64,000 nucleotides of DNA. It comes from Antechinus flavipes (lineage: Eukaryota). Under the pieces are notes generated by a model. The model ran no database searches and was not told the DNA's origin. It saw only the letters and a list, made by a program, of their open reading frames with translations. Numbering within the stretch: the stretch's first letter is position 1; each line of letters opens with the position of its first letter. The translations under genes and the position numbers were made by a program. Below, piece after piece: positions 22,216 through 35,265 of this stretch. The DNA lies in assembly GCF_016432865.1 (NCBI RefSeq), contig NC_067398.1, positions 653,232,001-653,296,000 of the forward strand, written 5' to 3'.

Positions 22216-23268
22216 TCACACCACCGTGTTCCCCTCCATGAAGGTGGGCGACGTGGGCATGTGCGTTCCCCGCTCCAGGGAGCTGGAGCTCCGGAGGGGC
22301 AGGAGGCAGCGGCTGGGGGCCCCCCCTCGGTCCTGGCGCGTCCGCGGCCCCCAGCAGCACAGGGGCCGGAGCACCTCCCGCCGCAGGTCTCTGCTGCGCC
22401 ACGTGTAGATGACCGGGTTGAGCAGAGAGTTGCACGTGGCGAAGGCAAAGAAGTAGTGGGCTTTGTAGAGCACGGGGCAGGCCCGGACGGGGCAGGAGGT
22501 GTCCAGCAGGAGCACGATGAAGGCCGGCAGCCAGCAGACGATGAAGACGCCCAGGACGATGGTCACCGTCTTCAGGAGGGCCAAGGTGTGGGGCCCGGCC
22601 AGCTCGGCGTGGCTGGAGCGCACCGCGCAGTAGATGCGCACGTAGAGGGCGACGATGGCCAGCAGGATGGCCGTGAAGACGGTCACCACGAAGAGCACGT
22701 AGGACTTGGCGTAGAGCGGCAGCACGGTGGAGCAGGCGTCCAGCCGGCCCAGGCAGTTCCAGCCCAGGATGGGCAGCCCCCCGAGCGCCAGCGAGATCAC
22801 CCAGCAGGCCCCGATCAGCAGCAGCATCCGGCAGCTCTTGTCGCTGCCGTACACCTTCACTTTGGCGATGGCCACGTGCCTCTCGATGGCGATGGCCAGC
22901 AGGCTGAAGACGGAGGCCGAGAGCGTGATGAAGGCCGTGCCCTCTCGGACGAACCAGAGCAGCGGCGTCAGCTGCAGCGTCCGCGGGCCCGACAGCAGCG
23001 TGTTGGCGATGAAGGCCGCGCCCGCCAGCAGGTCCGAGGCCGCCAGGTTGCCCAGGAACAAGTACATGGCCGAGTGGAACTTGCTGTTCCGAGCCACGGC
23101 GGCCAGCACCAGCAGGTTCTCCAGGATGATGGCGCAGCACAGCAGGACGATGAAAGCCGAGGCCGCCTGGCGGGACGGCGTGTCTGGGGGGGCCGGGGTC
23201 TCCTTGGTGAAGTTGTAGTGTTCAAACACCTTGTGGGGATTCAGGTAGTCTTCGTAGGGGCTGCCCAT
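22216..23268 (-). CDS. S1PR2: Sphingosine-1-phosphate receptor 2 (350 aa, intronless CDS)
   Basis: MGSPYEDYLNPHKV...ENLLVL...AIAIERHVAIAKVKVYGSDKSCRM...CWLP...NPVIY...SSSLERGTHMPTSPTFMEGNTVV. 7-TM GPCR with the S1PR2-specific C-terminus. The ORF track start at 23322 is a non-ATG extension. Confidence 0.99.
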   Translation of the reverse strand: MGSPYEDYLNPHKVFEHYNFTKETPAPPDTPSRQAASAFIVLLCCAIILENLLVLAAVARNSKFHSAMYLFLGNLAASDLLAGAAFIANTLLSGPRTLQLTPLLWFVREGTAFITLSASVFSLLAIAIERHVAIAKVKVYGSDKSCRMLLLIGACWVISLALGGLPILGWNCLGRLDACSTVLPLYAKSYVLFVVTVFTAILLAIVALYVRIYCAVRSSHAELAGPHTLALLKTVTIVLGVFIVCWLPAFIVLLLDTSCPVRACPVLYKAHYFFAFATCNSLLNPVIYTWRSRDLRREVLRPLCCWGPRTRQDRGGAPSRCLLPLRSSSSLERGTHMPTSPTFMEGNTVV

Positions 23269-23368
23269 GGCCAGCCCCCGCTGGGGTGGGGTGCTCTTCC
23301 ACACCCCACCCCGCTCCCCCACGAAAAGCCAGGTGGGCTCAGCGGGCGGAGGCCATGGGTGGCGAGAG
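23269..23368 (-). other. S1PR2: S1PR2 exon 2 5' UTR portion
   Basis: Acceptor ctgactgacttgtgtttccccccgcag| immediately upstream of 23368. Confidence 0.65.
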
Positions 23369-25849
23369 CTGCGGGGGGAAACACAAGTCAGTCAGCAACC
23401 TGAGGAGACTGGGGGCGGGAACAGCGGCCCATCCCCAGGCAGACCCTGATGCTCCAAGCGAGGCGCCAGAGGGTCAGGAGGGACAAATTCTCACCATCCC
23501 CCCAGCGTGCATTTTGCTTAATGCCACTTGCCAACCTTCACTCATCACCATTTACCACCTGTTCTCCTTCCAAACCTCGTTCAAACTCCAGCCCTGCCAG
23601 GAGGCCCACCCTGACTCCCCTTCTCGGCCCCTCAGTAGCTACAGACCCCATCTGTACTATGTCCTCTGGTACCCAGGAGTCTGGCACTTTGTCAGACAGA
23701 ATAAACTTCCTCACCCAAACTGTGAGCCAGGGTCTTCCTCCTCCCCCTCCTCCTAGAGTGCCCGGGTCCGGCTTTTGCACCCTGGGCCCATGATGCCCCA
23801 GGCCCGCCTGAGGGAGGCTCACCTGCTCTGCATCATCTCCCAGCCGGGGCTACAGCCCCATCACCTGAGTGATCCCAGGTGCGCGGGAGGGGCCACCTGG
23901 CTGAGCCCCACGCGGGTTCTTTTCTGAGGCTGTTTTACTGGGCCCTCCGAGCCAAAAGCTCCTCCATGCCCTTCTCTCTGTGGAACCACTCTGAAGCTCA
24001 GCATGAAGCCCCACCCCCAAACTTGAAGAAGTCTGGGGCTGCAGACTTCCCCTGGCCTTAGAAGGGCACTCTGAACTAAGAAAGGGACACACACACTTTG
24101 TCCAGTCTTGTGCATTAGGGGGATGGGGATGAGGGGCTGAGTCAGGGAGGAGACAGCGCTTTTTCAAAAACAACTCTTTGTCATCAGCAGGATGGGGGTG
24201 GGGGTGGAGGGTGAGCTCAGACGGGTGTCCCAGGAGGAGAGACAGGAGGGGGGGAGGACCCCTGTGCTGAGATATATTCCAGATGTGCAAGGCCTCTGGA
24301 TTGGGGTGGAGCCCACGCTCCAGTCATATCCGGTCCAGGGAACTGATGAGGGAGAGAAGACTGGGGGATGGGCAGCATGAGGAGCTCATGGGAACAGGGG
24401 GGGACTAGGAGAATGAGAAGAAGTTGGGGGGAGTGTCCAGCTTCCAAATGAGAAATTTCCAAACACGGCAAATGGAGACATTGCTCAGACCGGGAAGGAG
24501 AGATGTGTGTCAGGATCGTACAGCCAGATTCTTGCAGAGACATATTCTGAGTCTCCCGGCCCAACTCAGAACAAGAAGGGGCCTCTTCTAGGTTGTACAG
24601 GGCAAGGGGAGAGGGGTGGGGAAAGAGAATCTCTGCAGAGAGAAAGCTTCCCCAGTTCATCCAGTTTCATGCTCCCTGTCAGACCAGCCTCTCCCATATA
24701 GGAGTGCAATTGTATCCCGCCCTTCTCCCCACCCCCACCCACTCACCTCCTCTCATCTCAGTAGGTGCTACTCCATATCCCTGGGCCTCCCCTCATGGGG
24801 TGGGATAAAGCCTGGGAGGGGTGCCCACAACACAGGTGGTAGGGAACCAGCTCCCCCAAACTCCATCATAACAAGAAACAGGAGCCCCTTCCTTCCCTGT
24901 CTCCATTCCCACAGCCAGCTTGGTCCTGACAGATAATACCTCCCCCTGGGACTGGGAATTCACCTTGTGTGGGTCCCTGTGCCCTGGGCCTCCCTAAGCA
25001 GCCCTCGCCCAAGACTCCCGCAGGCCGCCCAGCCTCGGGGGTAAGCATGCCCAGGACTGAGGGTCTGGTCCTGCAGGGCTGCTTTGGCCTGGTTCTCTGC
25101 TGCCGGGGATAGGGAGGGGGGAAATCTGAGGCAGGAGAGAGGGCATCAGTCTTGGTTTGGAAACAGAGGAGGATTTGTCTGTCTCCCTCCCGGACTGTGG
25201 CCCTGCCCAGCTCAGCTGACAGAGGCCCCTTGTTCCCAGGACTCAACCTTGGGCTCCATGACATCCTCTGCCAGATGGAGTTCAACCAGAGGCAACTGCC
25301 CCGGACAGGACTTACCCGCCTGGTCTAAAGCGGTGACAAAAGTCCCATAAAGGAACCAGGGACTCTTTGGGCTCTTTCCCAGCCAGAGAAAGGCCTGTGC
25401 TTGACTGTTTCACAGAAGCCTCACCAAATTCAGCAGAGGACAGTGTCCCTTTGAATTCTCAGGCTGATCCTTGGGCTGCTTTAAGAAGGCAAACAGAAAA
25501 CTCTTGACTTCCTTTGAGGAGGAAAGTTAATGCTAATTGTAGACCTTGAGTTGGGTGGAATTGAAATATTGACTAAAAGAACCAGATCCCTAAGCTGTGG
25601 CTTTCTCAGACCCACATAGGGACTCACTACCCAAGTTCTGCCTCGGAACACCCACTCCCACGGGCGGTTTTTGGTATCTGCCCAATGATTTCTCCCTTCC
25701 AGAGCCGGGGGAGATTCACCGATTGATTGACAGTCGATTTCGGAAGGAAAAAACTCATCTGGACACCCACCAGCAGGTTCCTCCTCCTGCTCTCAGACAG
25801 AGTGCGGTCATGCATGTAGGAAACCCAGGCCTGCCCCACACATAACCCC

Positions 25850-27860
25850 GGCCGCCGTCGCCAGCTCTCACACCCCAGGCTGAGGCCGGACCCCTCCGGA
25901 AGTGGGCTCGCCAGCCTTAGGGTCCCCCCCAGGAGCTCACAGATGGTAAACCGAGGCCCTGACCCGCCGCCTCTGCACTTCCCAGGGCGAGGGCTCAGGG
26001 GGTTCTCTGTGCGGGCCAGGGGAAGGAGATGTCAGGCACTAACCCCGGCTTCACCTCGAGCTGCAGCGGAGCCCGACTCAGACTGCGGCCGTTTTCTCCT
26101 TCCTTGCCCGGAGCCACGCTCGGCTGCGCAAGAGTTAAAGCCTTTCCAGTGCGGGCTGCGGAAATGGCCAGACCCAAAATGGAATGAGGGGCCAGCAGGA
26201 CAGGGCCGAAGCGGCCTAGGGAGGAGGGAGCGGAGGGAGAAGCACGCGCGGCTGGCTCTGAGCTCGGGCAGCCAAGGAAAGCCTATGCAAAAGAGCCCGG
26301 GCCGAGGGCCCCGGGGCGGGGGGAGGGGAGGAGAAAGGGATAGCTAATCTTATCTCCCTTCTCCTCCCCCTCAATCCAATCAAAACCCCGGGCTAAAGGA
26401 TAGCTCCGACGGTCCCACACATCCTAGTTCCGGCCTTTTCTGCTCGGAACTAGGGTGCCCTAAGGGACTGGCCCGAGCACCTGCCGGCCGGCACTTCCAA
26501 ACGCGGGCTCTAAGCATTAGGAGCCGCCACTGGGAAATGTCCATTAAGTCTAGGAGAGATTCTTATCTCCCTCTCCGGATATAGCGGCCAATCTAGGCAG
26601 GAGCCTGCACTGGAGGCCGACTACGAGAAGCCCTTTAAGGGCAGGAGAGCTTCTAGGCTCCGTATTCCGAGGCGAAGGCCTGGGACCTCAGGGTCTCCCG
26701 GGGTGGGAAACAAGGTCGCTGTTCAATCCCCTAGCTAAATCTGAGTGCATCTCCATGGTGACGAGGGCCCCGCCCCCACGGGAGTCCACTTGTGCCTTAT
26801 CGCGCCCCTGGAATGCTCGGTATCCACACCGGGCCGCCCCTCTTATCTCCGAGGTTGTGGCCTTTTAGCCTTGGATTCTCCTCCGGCTTAGGCCCCTGCT
26901 CTTGTGCCAGGCGTCGGACTCCTTCGTTTTCCCCGCAGGGGCGATTGTCGCCTGGAGCCCAAATATCCCTCCCAAGCATGACACATCCAGCAGCCGGGTT
27001 CACTTTCCCCTGAGCCCTAAAACTCTGGATAGAGGGGGCTGGGGTGCGGGAGGGAAAATTAGGGAAGGGAAGAAGGAAAGAGGGGGCGGAACCAGGAGGA
27101 GCGAGGGGAAGTGGCAAGGTGTCTGAGTCCCAGGGAAAGTTCTTCCTTAAAGATGGGCAGGGGAACTTCTACGAGTCACCCAGACACAGATCCTGGGGAG
27201 CGACCCAGGGCCGAGACCCTGACAAAGCCTAAGGGTTCCATGAAGAGACGAAGGCCTGTTCCACTCAAGATCCCTTGCCTAGGGCTGCGTCGTGGGCCCT
27301 GTGCCCGAAGAACATCTGACGATCATGAGCCCCTAGGGAAAGTCCCCGCCGCCGCTGCTGTGAGTCAGTCTGGAGTCCATGGGGGCCTCGCGGGGAGCCG
27401 GGATCAAGCACACGCCGAGACACCCTCAGTGACACGCGCGAGTTCCCGGAGGTCCCTGACAACGCTTCCTTGACTCCATGTGGTTCTCGTTTTGCCTTCC
27501 GAAGTACGCCCCGCCATTCCGGGAAAGGGGAAGGAAACTGAGGCAGCAGGCAGCAAAGGAAGCAGAGAACCAGCCGGATAGACGCCCCTGTTTCTGGGAA
27601 AGTTGACTAGTCCCTTGTTCCTCTGTTGGGTGGACTTCAGAGTTCCTGTCTCTACCGCAGAACCTCTTTGGCAAACCACGAGAGTGGGAACTCCGGCCCG
27701 AAACAGTGTGCCGGGTTCCTCGGCCCGAGTCCCGTCTGACATCGCCCGAGTCCCCAGGAGCCCCATCACCGCCCCTATTCCGTTCACTATGAAAGTACAG
27801 ATTCCGCCTCCGCCTCCGTGCAGACTTCCTGCCATCCGAGAGGAGGGAAAAAGAGGGGAG
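25850..27860. promoter_or_regulatory. CpG-rich intronic regulatory block of S1PR2
   Basis: CpG-rich and non-repetitive. ETS ccggaagt ~25895, kB 27336-27347, AP-1 27361-27367, GAS 27517-27525 and 27592-27600. Confidence 0.55.
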
Positions 27861-28275
27861 GGGAGATGCGAAGAGGGGGTCAGAAAGAAGAGCAGAGGGT
27901 CTTCAGAAGGCGGAGAGGTCCCCGCCCTCGGATAAGAGAAGCGGACATAAAATTTCCCTCTGGACTCTCAAAGAACTTGTTAAGTTGGGGAGAGGGAAGG
28001 GAGGAAAGCCCTGAAAGAAAAAAGGAGGAAAGCCCCCTATCCGTGCGACCCGGCTATAGGCCAAGGTGGAGGAAGGGGAAAATCTGTGTGTGCACGCGCC
28101 CCCTCACTCGGCCACAGGTCCCCTCGCCTCCAGATCCCACTGGCCCCAGTGGGACTGGGACCCGCGCAATCCGGGCGGAGGGGCTGGGGAGGGAGCCGGG
28201 GCAGCGTCCGCTGGGAGCGTGCTGCTGCTTCCCTCTTCTTTCACAATGACACTCTCCCGCGCGCCTCCCGCTCAC

Positions 28276-28520
28276 CTGGCTCCTGCCGGGCCCGGCTCTG
28301 CCTCCGACTCTGAAGCCGCCTCTCTCCCGCGGCTAGTGCGGATCCCTAGGCCGGGCCGGGTCGGCCCCAGCGCGCAGTCTGAGCGCTCCGCGTCCCCCTT
28401 GCGCTCCCACAGCGGCCGCGACTCGGGCTGGGGCTCCCCAGCCGGCCCGGCTGTGCCTGGGTCGTGGGGCGGGGAGAGCCACCGCCTCTGCAGCCAGCTC
28501 GCTCCTCCCCGAGCCCTTCC
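28276..28520 (-). promoter_or_regulatory. S1PR2: S1PR2 non-coding exon 1 / promoter CpG island
   Basis: CpG island ~28050-28620; donor CCAG|gtgagc at 28276/28275; CCAAT near 28555; 5' end approximate. Confidence 0.6.
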
Positions 28521-30534
28521 CCCTTTCTCCTTTCCGGACGCGGCTCCGCCACAGCCAATGTCTTCCAGATGTGGCTGAGCCCCGCGCCTCTGGAGAGGTG
28601 GGAGGGAGGCCGGGGAAGGGGCAGGAGGAGAGAAAGACCGCTAGGATCTTGGGGTAGGGTAGGGATTGATTAGGGAGAGAGGAATTGTTGGGGCGGGGGG
28701 AGGGAGGAGCACAAGGGAGCATACCTGAGAGATTAGAGCAGCTATCTCAAAAGACACATTTCTTCAATGTCCAACCGTAGCAAGCTGGGGGAGGAGGGCA
28801 GAGGGGGAGGACTATGACTTCATTCTGGCCCTAGACTAGGGCAGTTGGAGGGACAGTGTCCCTTGTCACTCTGAGCCACTGGAAGCCCAAGCCTCTCACC
28901 TGACTCAAGCACTCTGAGACAAAAGAGAGTATCGTTCCCCTCCCCCGCCCCACCAGGTGCCCACTTAAATGACCATTCTTTCAATTCTGAAAACAAGACT
29001 GGTTCTGTGACTTCACTGGTCCACAGATCTACACAGCCCCCCAGATTCTTCCTCCTTGCCTTCCCACCTCCCAGGGGCCTTACTGAATATAGCCCTTTTC
29101 TCTCAGCAGCCCATATCAAACCCAGCCTTCTCCCTGACTTCTTTCAAATAAGCTGGACTTTCGTTATCCATAGTAATTTAGTCTGGGGTTTTTTTCCCAG
29201 GGAGCCCTGCAGTAACCTGGGAAGTGGAGGGGCCAAGAGGTACAGAGACATGTGATTTCAAAGGGCATACAGATGATTGTAAACATTGAGAGTCCTGGGG
29301 AATACACAGAGGGGCAAATTGGGAAGAGGGCCCAAGGTTTCTTCCTTATTAGGTCCTTATTCTAGAATGGGTCTGCCCTCAGACTAATACACTGTTTATC
29401 TCCCCTGAGCTCACTCAGGTTTGTTCAATTAGACCACCATTTATCTCCTTTTCCCAGTCTAGAACCTTATTTGACCCACAATTCAGATACTATCATTTAT
29501 TAGAGTCCTGATTCTTAATCTCCTCCCTCCCTAAACTGGAACCTTATCCTCAAAGTAGCCTGTTCTTTAGTTTAAACACACCTCTAAAGCCCTCTAGACT
29601 TATTCCTTTCTATCCTCAATTCAGAGGTAATCTTTCTTTAATTTCTCTCCCAGAATACACATCTCTGTCCCATCGAAAATGCTGCTTTGTTAGCTTTAGC
29701 ATCCCTGTATTTTTTTAAAGCCCCTATAGATTCCCACTATAACAGAAGTATATGGGGCCAGGGCTGAAAAATTCAGAGTCTGGGAAGATCATGACTGTCA
29801 TCATCAAGGGACTGAGCCATGTGTAATAGAGGAGCCAGATTGGGCAGTGTACATGGATGTCAGATCTTGAATAGTTCCAAAATGGGCCTTTTTCTGGACA
29901 TTAGCTCTGGGAAGTGTCTATAGGCAAAAGGAACAACCTTCAGGCCAGGTGGCTATTGTTTCTTTCTTCCTCATCCCTCCTTGCCCAGCAGAACAGATAG
30001 ACACCTGAGTGTAATACAGAAAGATGAGTACTTACCTAATCATTGAAGATCTCTGAGCGGATATCTCTTCATCGATTCAGGAACCTGAAAGCTGCTGAGG
30101 AAGTCACTTTGCTCCTTTTCTGTCGCCTGTTTTTAGTCATCTCATTGCATTTGCGGTTCATTGCCTCCAATTACAGAAATGGGGAAGACAGCGTCTGTGA
30201 AATCACCCCGTCTCCAGACAAGTGATGAATTCATATTCTCTCCCTACAACAGAGACTAAGACTGACCTCCAGATGGTCTCAGATTCAGACCCATATATTG
30301 GCTGACTTGGATTCAGAACAACAAACCCATAACCCGAAGATACAGTCACTCTTACCTAGAGAACTTTGGTCTCAGACTCATTTACAACTCAATTTCTCAG
30401 TCTCACAGACAAATAGATTCAAAAAGAACTTCACTGTATATAAGATAAAAAAGTGTGAGCTAGTAGAAGACAGTACAGGTAAGTGGATTCACAGAAGTTT
30501 GAATGAACTAATCCTGGGTAATAAATGGTGCTTA

Positions 30535-30640
30535 AAATTTGGGAGGGTGCAATTGGGGTTAAGTGACTTGCCTGGGATCACACAGTAGCAAGTGTTTGAG
30601 GTCATATTTGAACCCAAGTCCTCTTGAGGACACATGGTAG
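30535..30640 (-). mobile_element. CORE SINE
   Basis: gcaattggggttaagtgacttgcctgggatcacacagtagc...atttgaacccaag. Confidence 0.75.
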
Positions 30641-30789
30641 ATTGGGGGGTGGGATAAGAAGGAAACTGTCTCACAGAAAGTTAAAGCCCTGGGCTTCTAG
30701 TGGCTCAGAGTGGGAGAGTGACAAGGGACACTGCCCCTCCAACTGCCTTGGGAAGGTAAGCAGTGACACTCTAGCAATCAATGACTGAA

Positions 30790-31930
30790 CTCCAAGGCTG
30801 GTACTCTATTCAATGTATCACCTAGATGTCCTGGATGATGCTATTTCTATTCTATTTGGAAACTAGATGTTTCTAGTTGAGGGTCCCAGGGATGTGTCCT
30901 TAGCTCAGAATTGTTCAACACTGTTATCGATGACTTAGATGAATATCAAATTTATAGTTGACGCAAAGCTAGAAAGAATAGTTCAAACAATTCACAGAAA
31001 GATGTGCTCATCTTATTAAATCTAATAGGAATAAATATAAAGTCTTCAAATGAGATTCAAAAAATCAATTTCACAGATCCACGATGGGGAAAGAAACAAC
31101 AATTCATGTGAGGAGAAAGAGATTTTAGTGGACCAGAAGCTCAATATGAAACAATAGGGTGATAATCTTAACAGCCCAAGACTCAAACATATTTCCTCCT
31201 TTGCAAAATGAGGGGATTGGACTAAATAGCCTCTGAGGCCCCTTCCAGGTCTAGATGTGTGAAATGATGTTAAGCTGCATTAATGAGAGAAGTAACAATC
31301 CCATGGTCACTGCCCGCTTCATCTGTGTTGTTTTCAGTTTAGGACACCATGTTTTCTGAAGAACTTTGTGGCAAATTAATGAATGCAGAGTACTTTGACC
31401 ATGCAGGGAAGGGGATTGTGAGTACTCCCAAAGAAAATTGTGTTTAGTTTGGAGAAAGACTTAGAAGAACCTTGCCCTAAAGTATTTGAAGGATAGCAAA
31501 ATGGTAGAGTGTATAGGAATCTGTGTCAGGAGAATGGAAGAAGTGAGTTCAAATCTGCTCTCAGACCCTTACTAGCTATGTGAGCCTGAACAAGTCATTT
31601 AATTGTTGTCTGCCTCAACTTCTTTATCTGTAAAATGGAAGTCATAATAGTTCTTACCTCTGAGGATTCTAGATGCTAGATTCTTGATGCTAGAGAACAG
31701 AACTAGGTGGATAGTTATAAATTTTAGGGAGATACATTTAGGCTTGTTGTAAAGAAAAATTAGAGCTGCTTAAAAGTGGAAGAGGGTCCTTGTGATGATA
31801 AGTCATCCCTCAAGGATAACTCTGATGAATATAGTAAATGATCACTCAGGGAATGTAGATGTAATTTCTATTCAGGTCCAAGTTGGAATGTATGCCTCTT
31901 AAGGTTTCCTCCAATTCTAAGTTTCTGTGC
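30790..31930 (+). mobile_element. Fragmented L3/CR1 LINE with nested MIR pieces
   Basis: gggtcccagggatgtgtccttagctcag...ttcaacactgttatcgatgacttagatg...gttgacgcaaagctag resembles the CR1 RT remnant; MIR at ~31525-31660. Confidence 0.65.
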
Positions 31931-34084
31931 TATTCCGACATACAGATTCAGCCCCTTAGTGCTTCTCTCATATGTCCCAAGTACAGAGCCTACAGATGAC
32001 CCACCACTCTAGCCCTACCTACTTCGCTGAATATATAAAGAAGCCACCTTTATGTTTGGAGAGGGGCAGAAGGGACAAGAAGCTTCCTTTGCCCTTGTCA
32101 TTCTGGATCTGGAACCTCTAGATGCCTCTTTGTTGTACCACCTGGAGTCCCTCTGGACAACTTCCATCAGATTCATACATACCTACCCCTAAGTTTAATT
32201 AGTGGAGTGAGATGAGAGTAAGAAGGATCTGTGGTCCCATGACCCTTACCCCACTGGACAGTCATTCCTTGGTGACAGAACCAAGACCCGAGCCTTGACT
32301 CCAATCCCTAGTCCTCCCTTCCTTGCCTGCCAAATGTTAGCATCTGACTGGGAGTAGAATGTTCAGGGAAAACTGGGGGGTGGGGGGAGGACCGCTTTAG
32401 GGGAGAAGGTCAGAGCTACCACTCCCCAACATCCCCAATGTTATTTTAGCCCCAAGTGACAACTGGATCCAGGAGTGGGGGAAGGGATTGCCTGCTACAG
32501 AGAAGATTTCCAGATGTTCTTCTTGGCACTCTGAAGGGATGGAGGGGATGAAGGAATGGGAATATGAGGGGGTGGGGCCCAGTTTTGGCTGGAAGAGTCA
32601 CTGGGGGGGGCCTTGAAACTCCAGGCCCAACTCTAGCCACGTCTACAACTGTGTAGTAATCTTGTATCACCAGCTTTCACAGGAGGATCAATTAACTCTG
32701 TAGGAGTTAGGAGTGGATGCAACATGAACCCTTCCCCACAAATATCAAACCTAATAGGGCCGGCCCAGGTCCTGTGTGTGGATGGATATCTGGCAGTAGG
32801 GGAAGTGGAGCAGCTGTTCTGGACTCCCAGTTACCCACTCCCCTCCACCTATTGTCCCCATCAGTATAAAAGCAAGAGCTCCTCATACACATACACATAA
32901 CAGAAAGCTGCTTGAGGACAGTGACTCACATTTTGTCCCTAGAGCTTAACAGGGTTCTGGGCACCTAAGAGACCCTCAATAATGGTGTTGAATAAAACTG
33001 TATTTGCATGTCTTTTTTATGACCATAAGCCCTTTGAAATAATTTTATAGATGAAGAAACTGAAGCTCGGAGAGATTAAGGTGATATCAATTAGCTCCCT
33101 TGGGGGTCACTTATATCTCTGTGAAGATGATTTCAAAATTTACATTTCTGATCTTCATCTTTTTCCTGAGATCCAACCCATTCTGCATTCCCAATTGACT
33201 TGTGAGCATCTTTTTCTTGAATGTCTAATTGATGTCTCTAATCACTATGTTTGAAATGGAATTCATTATCTTCTCCACTAAACCTAAATCTCTATCCCCT
33301 TTCTCCAATTTCTTGTTTGTAGTCAGCTAGTTATCCTGATTCATAATGTCAAAGTCAAGCTCAGTTCTTTGTTTTCTCTCATTCTTAATAGCCACTTCAC
33401 AAAAATTAGCTTTACAAGAACTAGATTGGGGGATGGGGGAAATAATTCATGTGGAAAAAGATATTGAGATTTTAGTGGACCATAAACCCAAAAGGAGCAA
33501 ACGGTTGTCAGTAGCCAAAAAAAAAATATCTAACCTGTTTACTCATATGCAAAGTGAGGAAGTTGGACCAGATGGCCTCTGAAGTCCCTTGCCTCTAGAT
33601 CTGTGAGCTCATGATCTTTTCGGCTTCAGGAATGAATCCAGAGCATCAGGAATTAAAATGAGTTGCCAAGACTTGTTGATTCTATTTCTACAACACTTCT
33701 GTCTCTCTTTTTATCAAAATCATCATCCTAATTCAAATTCTTATCACTTCTGGATAGAATATTGCAATAGCACTCTTTTGTGGGGGTTGGGGGGACATTT
33801 ATTAACTTATTTTAGATTTTTATTTTATTTTACTTCTGTTCCAAACTCTTCCACCCCATCCATTAAGAAAACAAGTAAATATGCAGCATTATAAATGTGT
33901 AAATATGTTTAGAAGAATTGCACATGTTTAACCTATATTGGATTACTTATTGTCTAGGGGAGGGTAGTGGGGGGAGGGGAGAGGGAAAAATTTGGAACCC
34001 AAGGTTTTGCAAGAGTGATTGTTGAAAACTATCTTTGCATGTTTTTTGAAAATAAAAAGCTATTATTAAAAAAAGTTTTTAAAA

Positions 34085-35000
34085 AGAAAACAAGAAAAAC
34101 AAAACCTATTACAGATATGTATAGCTGAGGATAGCTAAATGGCCCAGTAGATAGAGCTCTAACCCTGATGTCTGGAGGAGTTCAAATCCAGCCTCAGACA
34201 TTTACCACTTACTAGCTGGGTAACCACTAGCAAGTCACTTAACCCCAATTATGTTGCAAAACCAAAGCAAAAATCAAAACCAACAACTCACAAATATGTG
34301 TAGCTATGAAACACATATTTTCATTTTAATCATGTCCAAAAGAAGGAGAAAAAGAAGGGAGAGGAGGAGGAGACAGAAGACAATATCCTTCAATTGCATT
34401 AATTCTATTAGCTCTCTATCTGGAGATAGCTAGCATGCTTCATGATGAATCCTTTGTAATTGTACTTAGTACATTAGATACTGAATTTTATAAGTGATTA
34501 TCTTTATAATATTGCTGTTACTATATAAACTATCGGGTTCTGTTCACTTTACTTTGCATCAGTTCATACAAATCTTCCTAGATTATTCTGAAACCATTTC
34601 TTTCATCATTTCTTCTTCTTTTTTGTTTTGCTTAGGTTTAGGAATTAAGTGACTTGCTCAGGACCACACAGATAGGAAGTAATAAGTGTCTGATTTCAGA
34701 TTTGAACTCAAGTCCTCCTGACTTCATGGCTGGTGCTCCATCCACTGCTTCATCTAACTGCCCCTCTTTCATCATTTCTTTCAACACATTTCTTTCAACA
34801 TTGAACTGATATGCCATAATTTGTTCAATCAATCCCCAATTGATGGATACCATCACAAGTTTCAATTTCTTGCCTCCACAAAAAGAGCTGCTATAAATAT
34901 TTTTGTCATATAAGTGTATTTTCTCTTTATTTTATCTCTCTGGGGGTATGGATCTAGTAATGGTATGACTGGGTCAAAAAGTATACACACCTTAGTAGCT
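34085..35000 (-). mobile_element. Old L1 3' fragment interrupted by two SINEs (~34127-34250 +, ~34630-34765 -)
   Basis: ctgttcactttactttgcatcagttcatac...ccataatttgttcaatcaatccccaattgatggata...ttttgcctccacaaaaagagctgct. Confidence 0.7.
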
Positions 35001-35024
35001 TGGGGGGCAACTTTTGTTGTTATT

Positions 35025-35265
35025 CAATCATTTTAGTTGTCACTCCTCTGACTTTTCATGACTCTATTTGGGGTTTTCTTGGGAAAGATAACTGGGGTGG
35101 TTTGCTTTTTCCTTCTCTAGCTCATTTTACAGATGAGAAAACTGAAATAAACAGGGTCAGATGACTTACAGTTAGTAAGTATCCAAAGCCAGATTAGAAC
35201 TCCTTAAGAAGTTTCTTCCTGACTCCAGAGTCAGCACTCTATCCACTGTGCCAGCTAACTGCATT
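35025..35265 (-). mobile_element. Mar1-type SINE
   Basis: ttcaatcattttagttg...ttttcttgggaaagataactgggg...attttacagatgagaaaactga. Confidence 0.75.

Noticed and set aside
23269-23322. 18-aa N-terminal extension of S1PR2 in the ORF track
   Set aside because: It starts at a non-ATG codon. The ATG at 23268 has a strong Kozak context and matches the known N-terminus.
22162-23403. 413-aa plus-strand ORF antisense to S1PR2 (and the 333-aa alternative minus frame)
   Set aside because: Expected shadow ORFs of a very GC3-rich CDS; no recognisable domain.
24000-28700. ORFs of 100-170 aa in the S1PR2 intron
   Set aside because: GC-rich overlapping frames on both strands, with no homology I can recognise and no exon chain.
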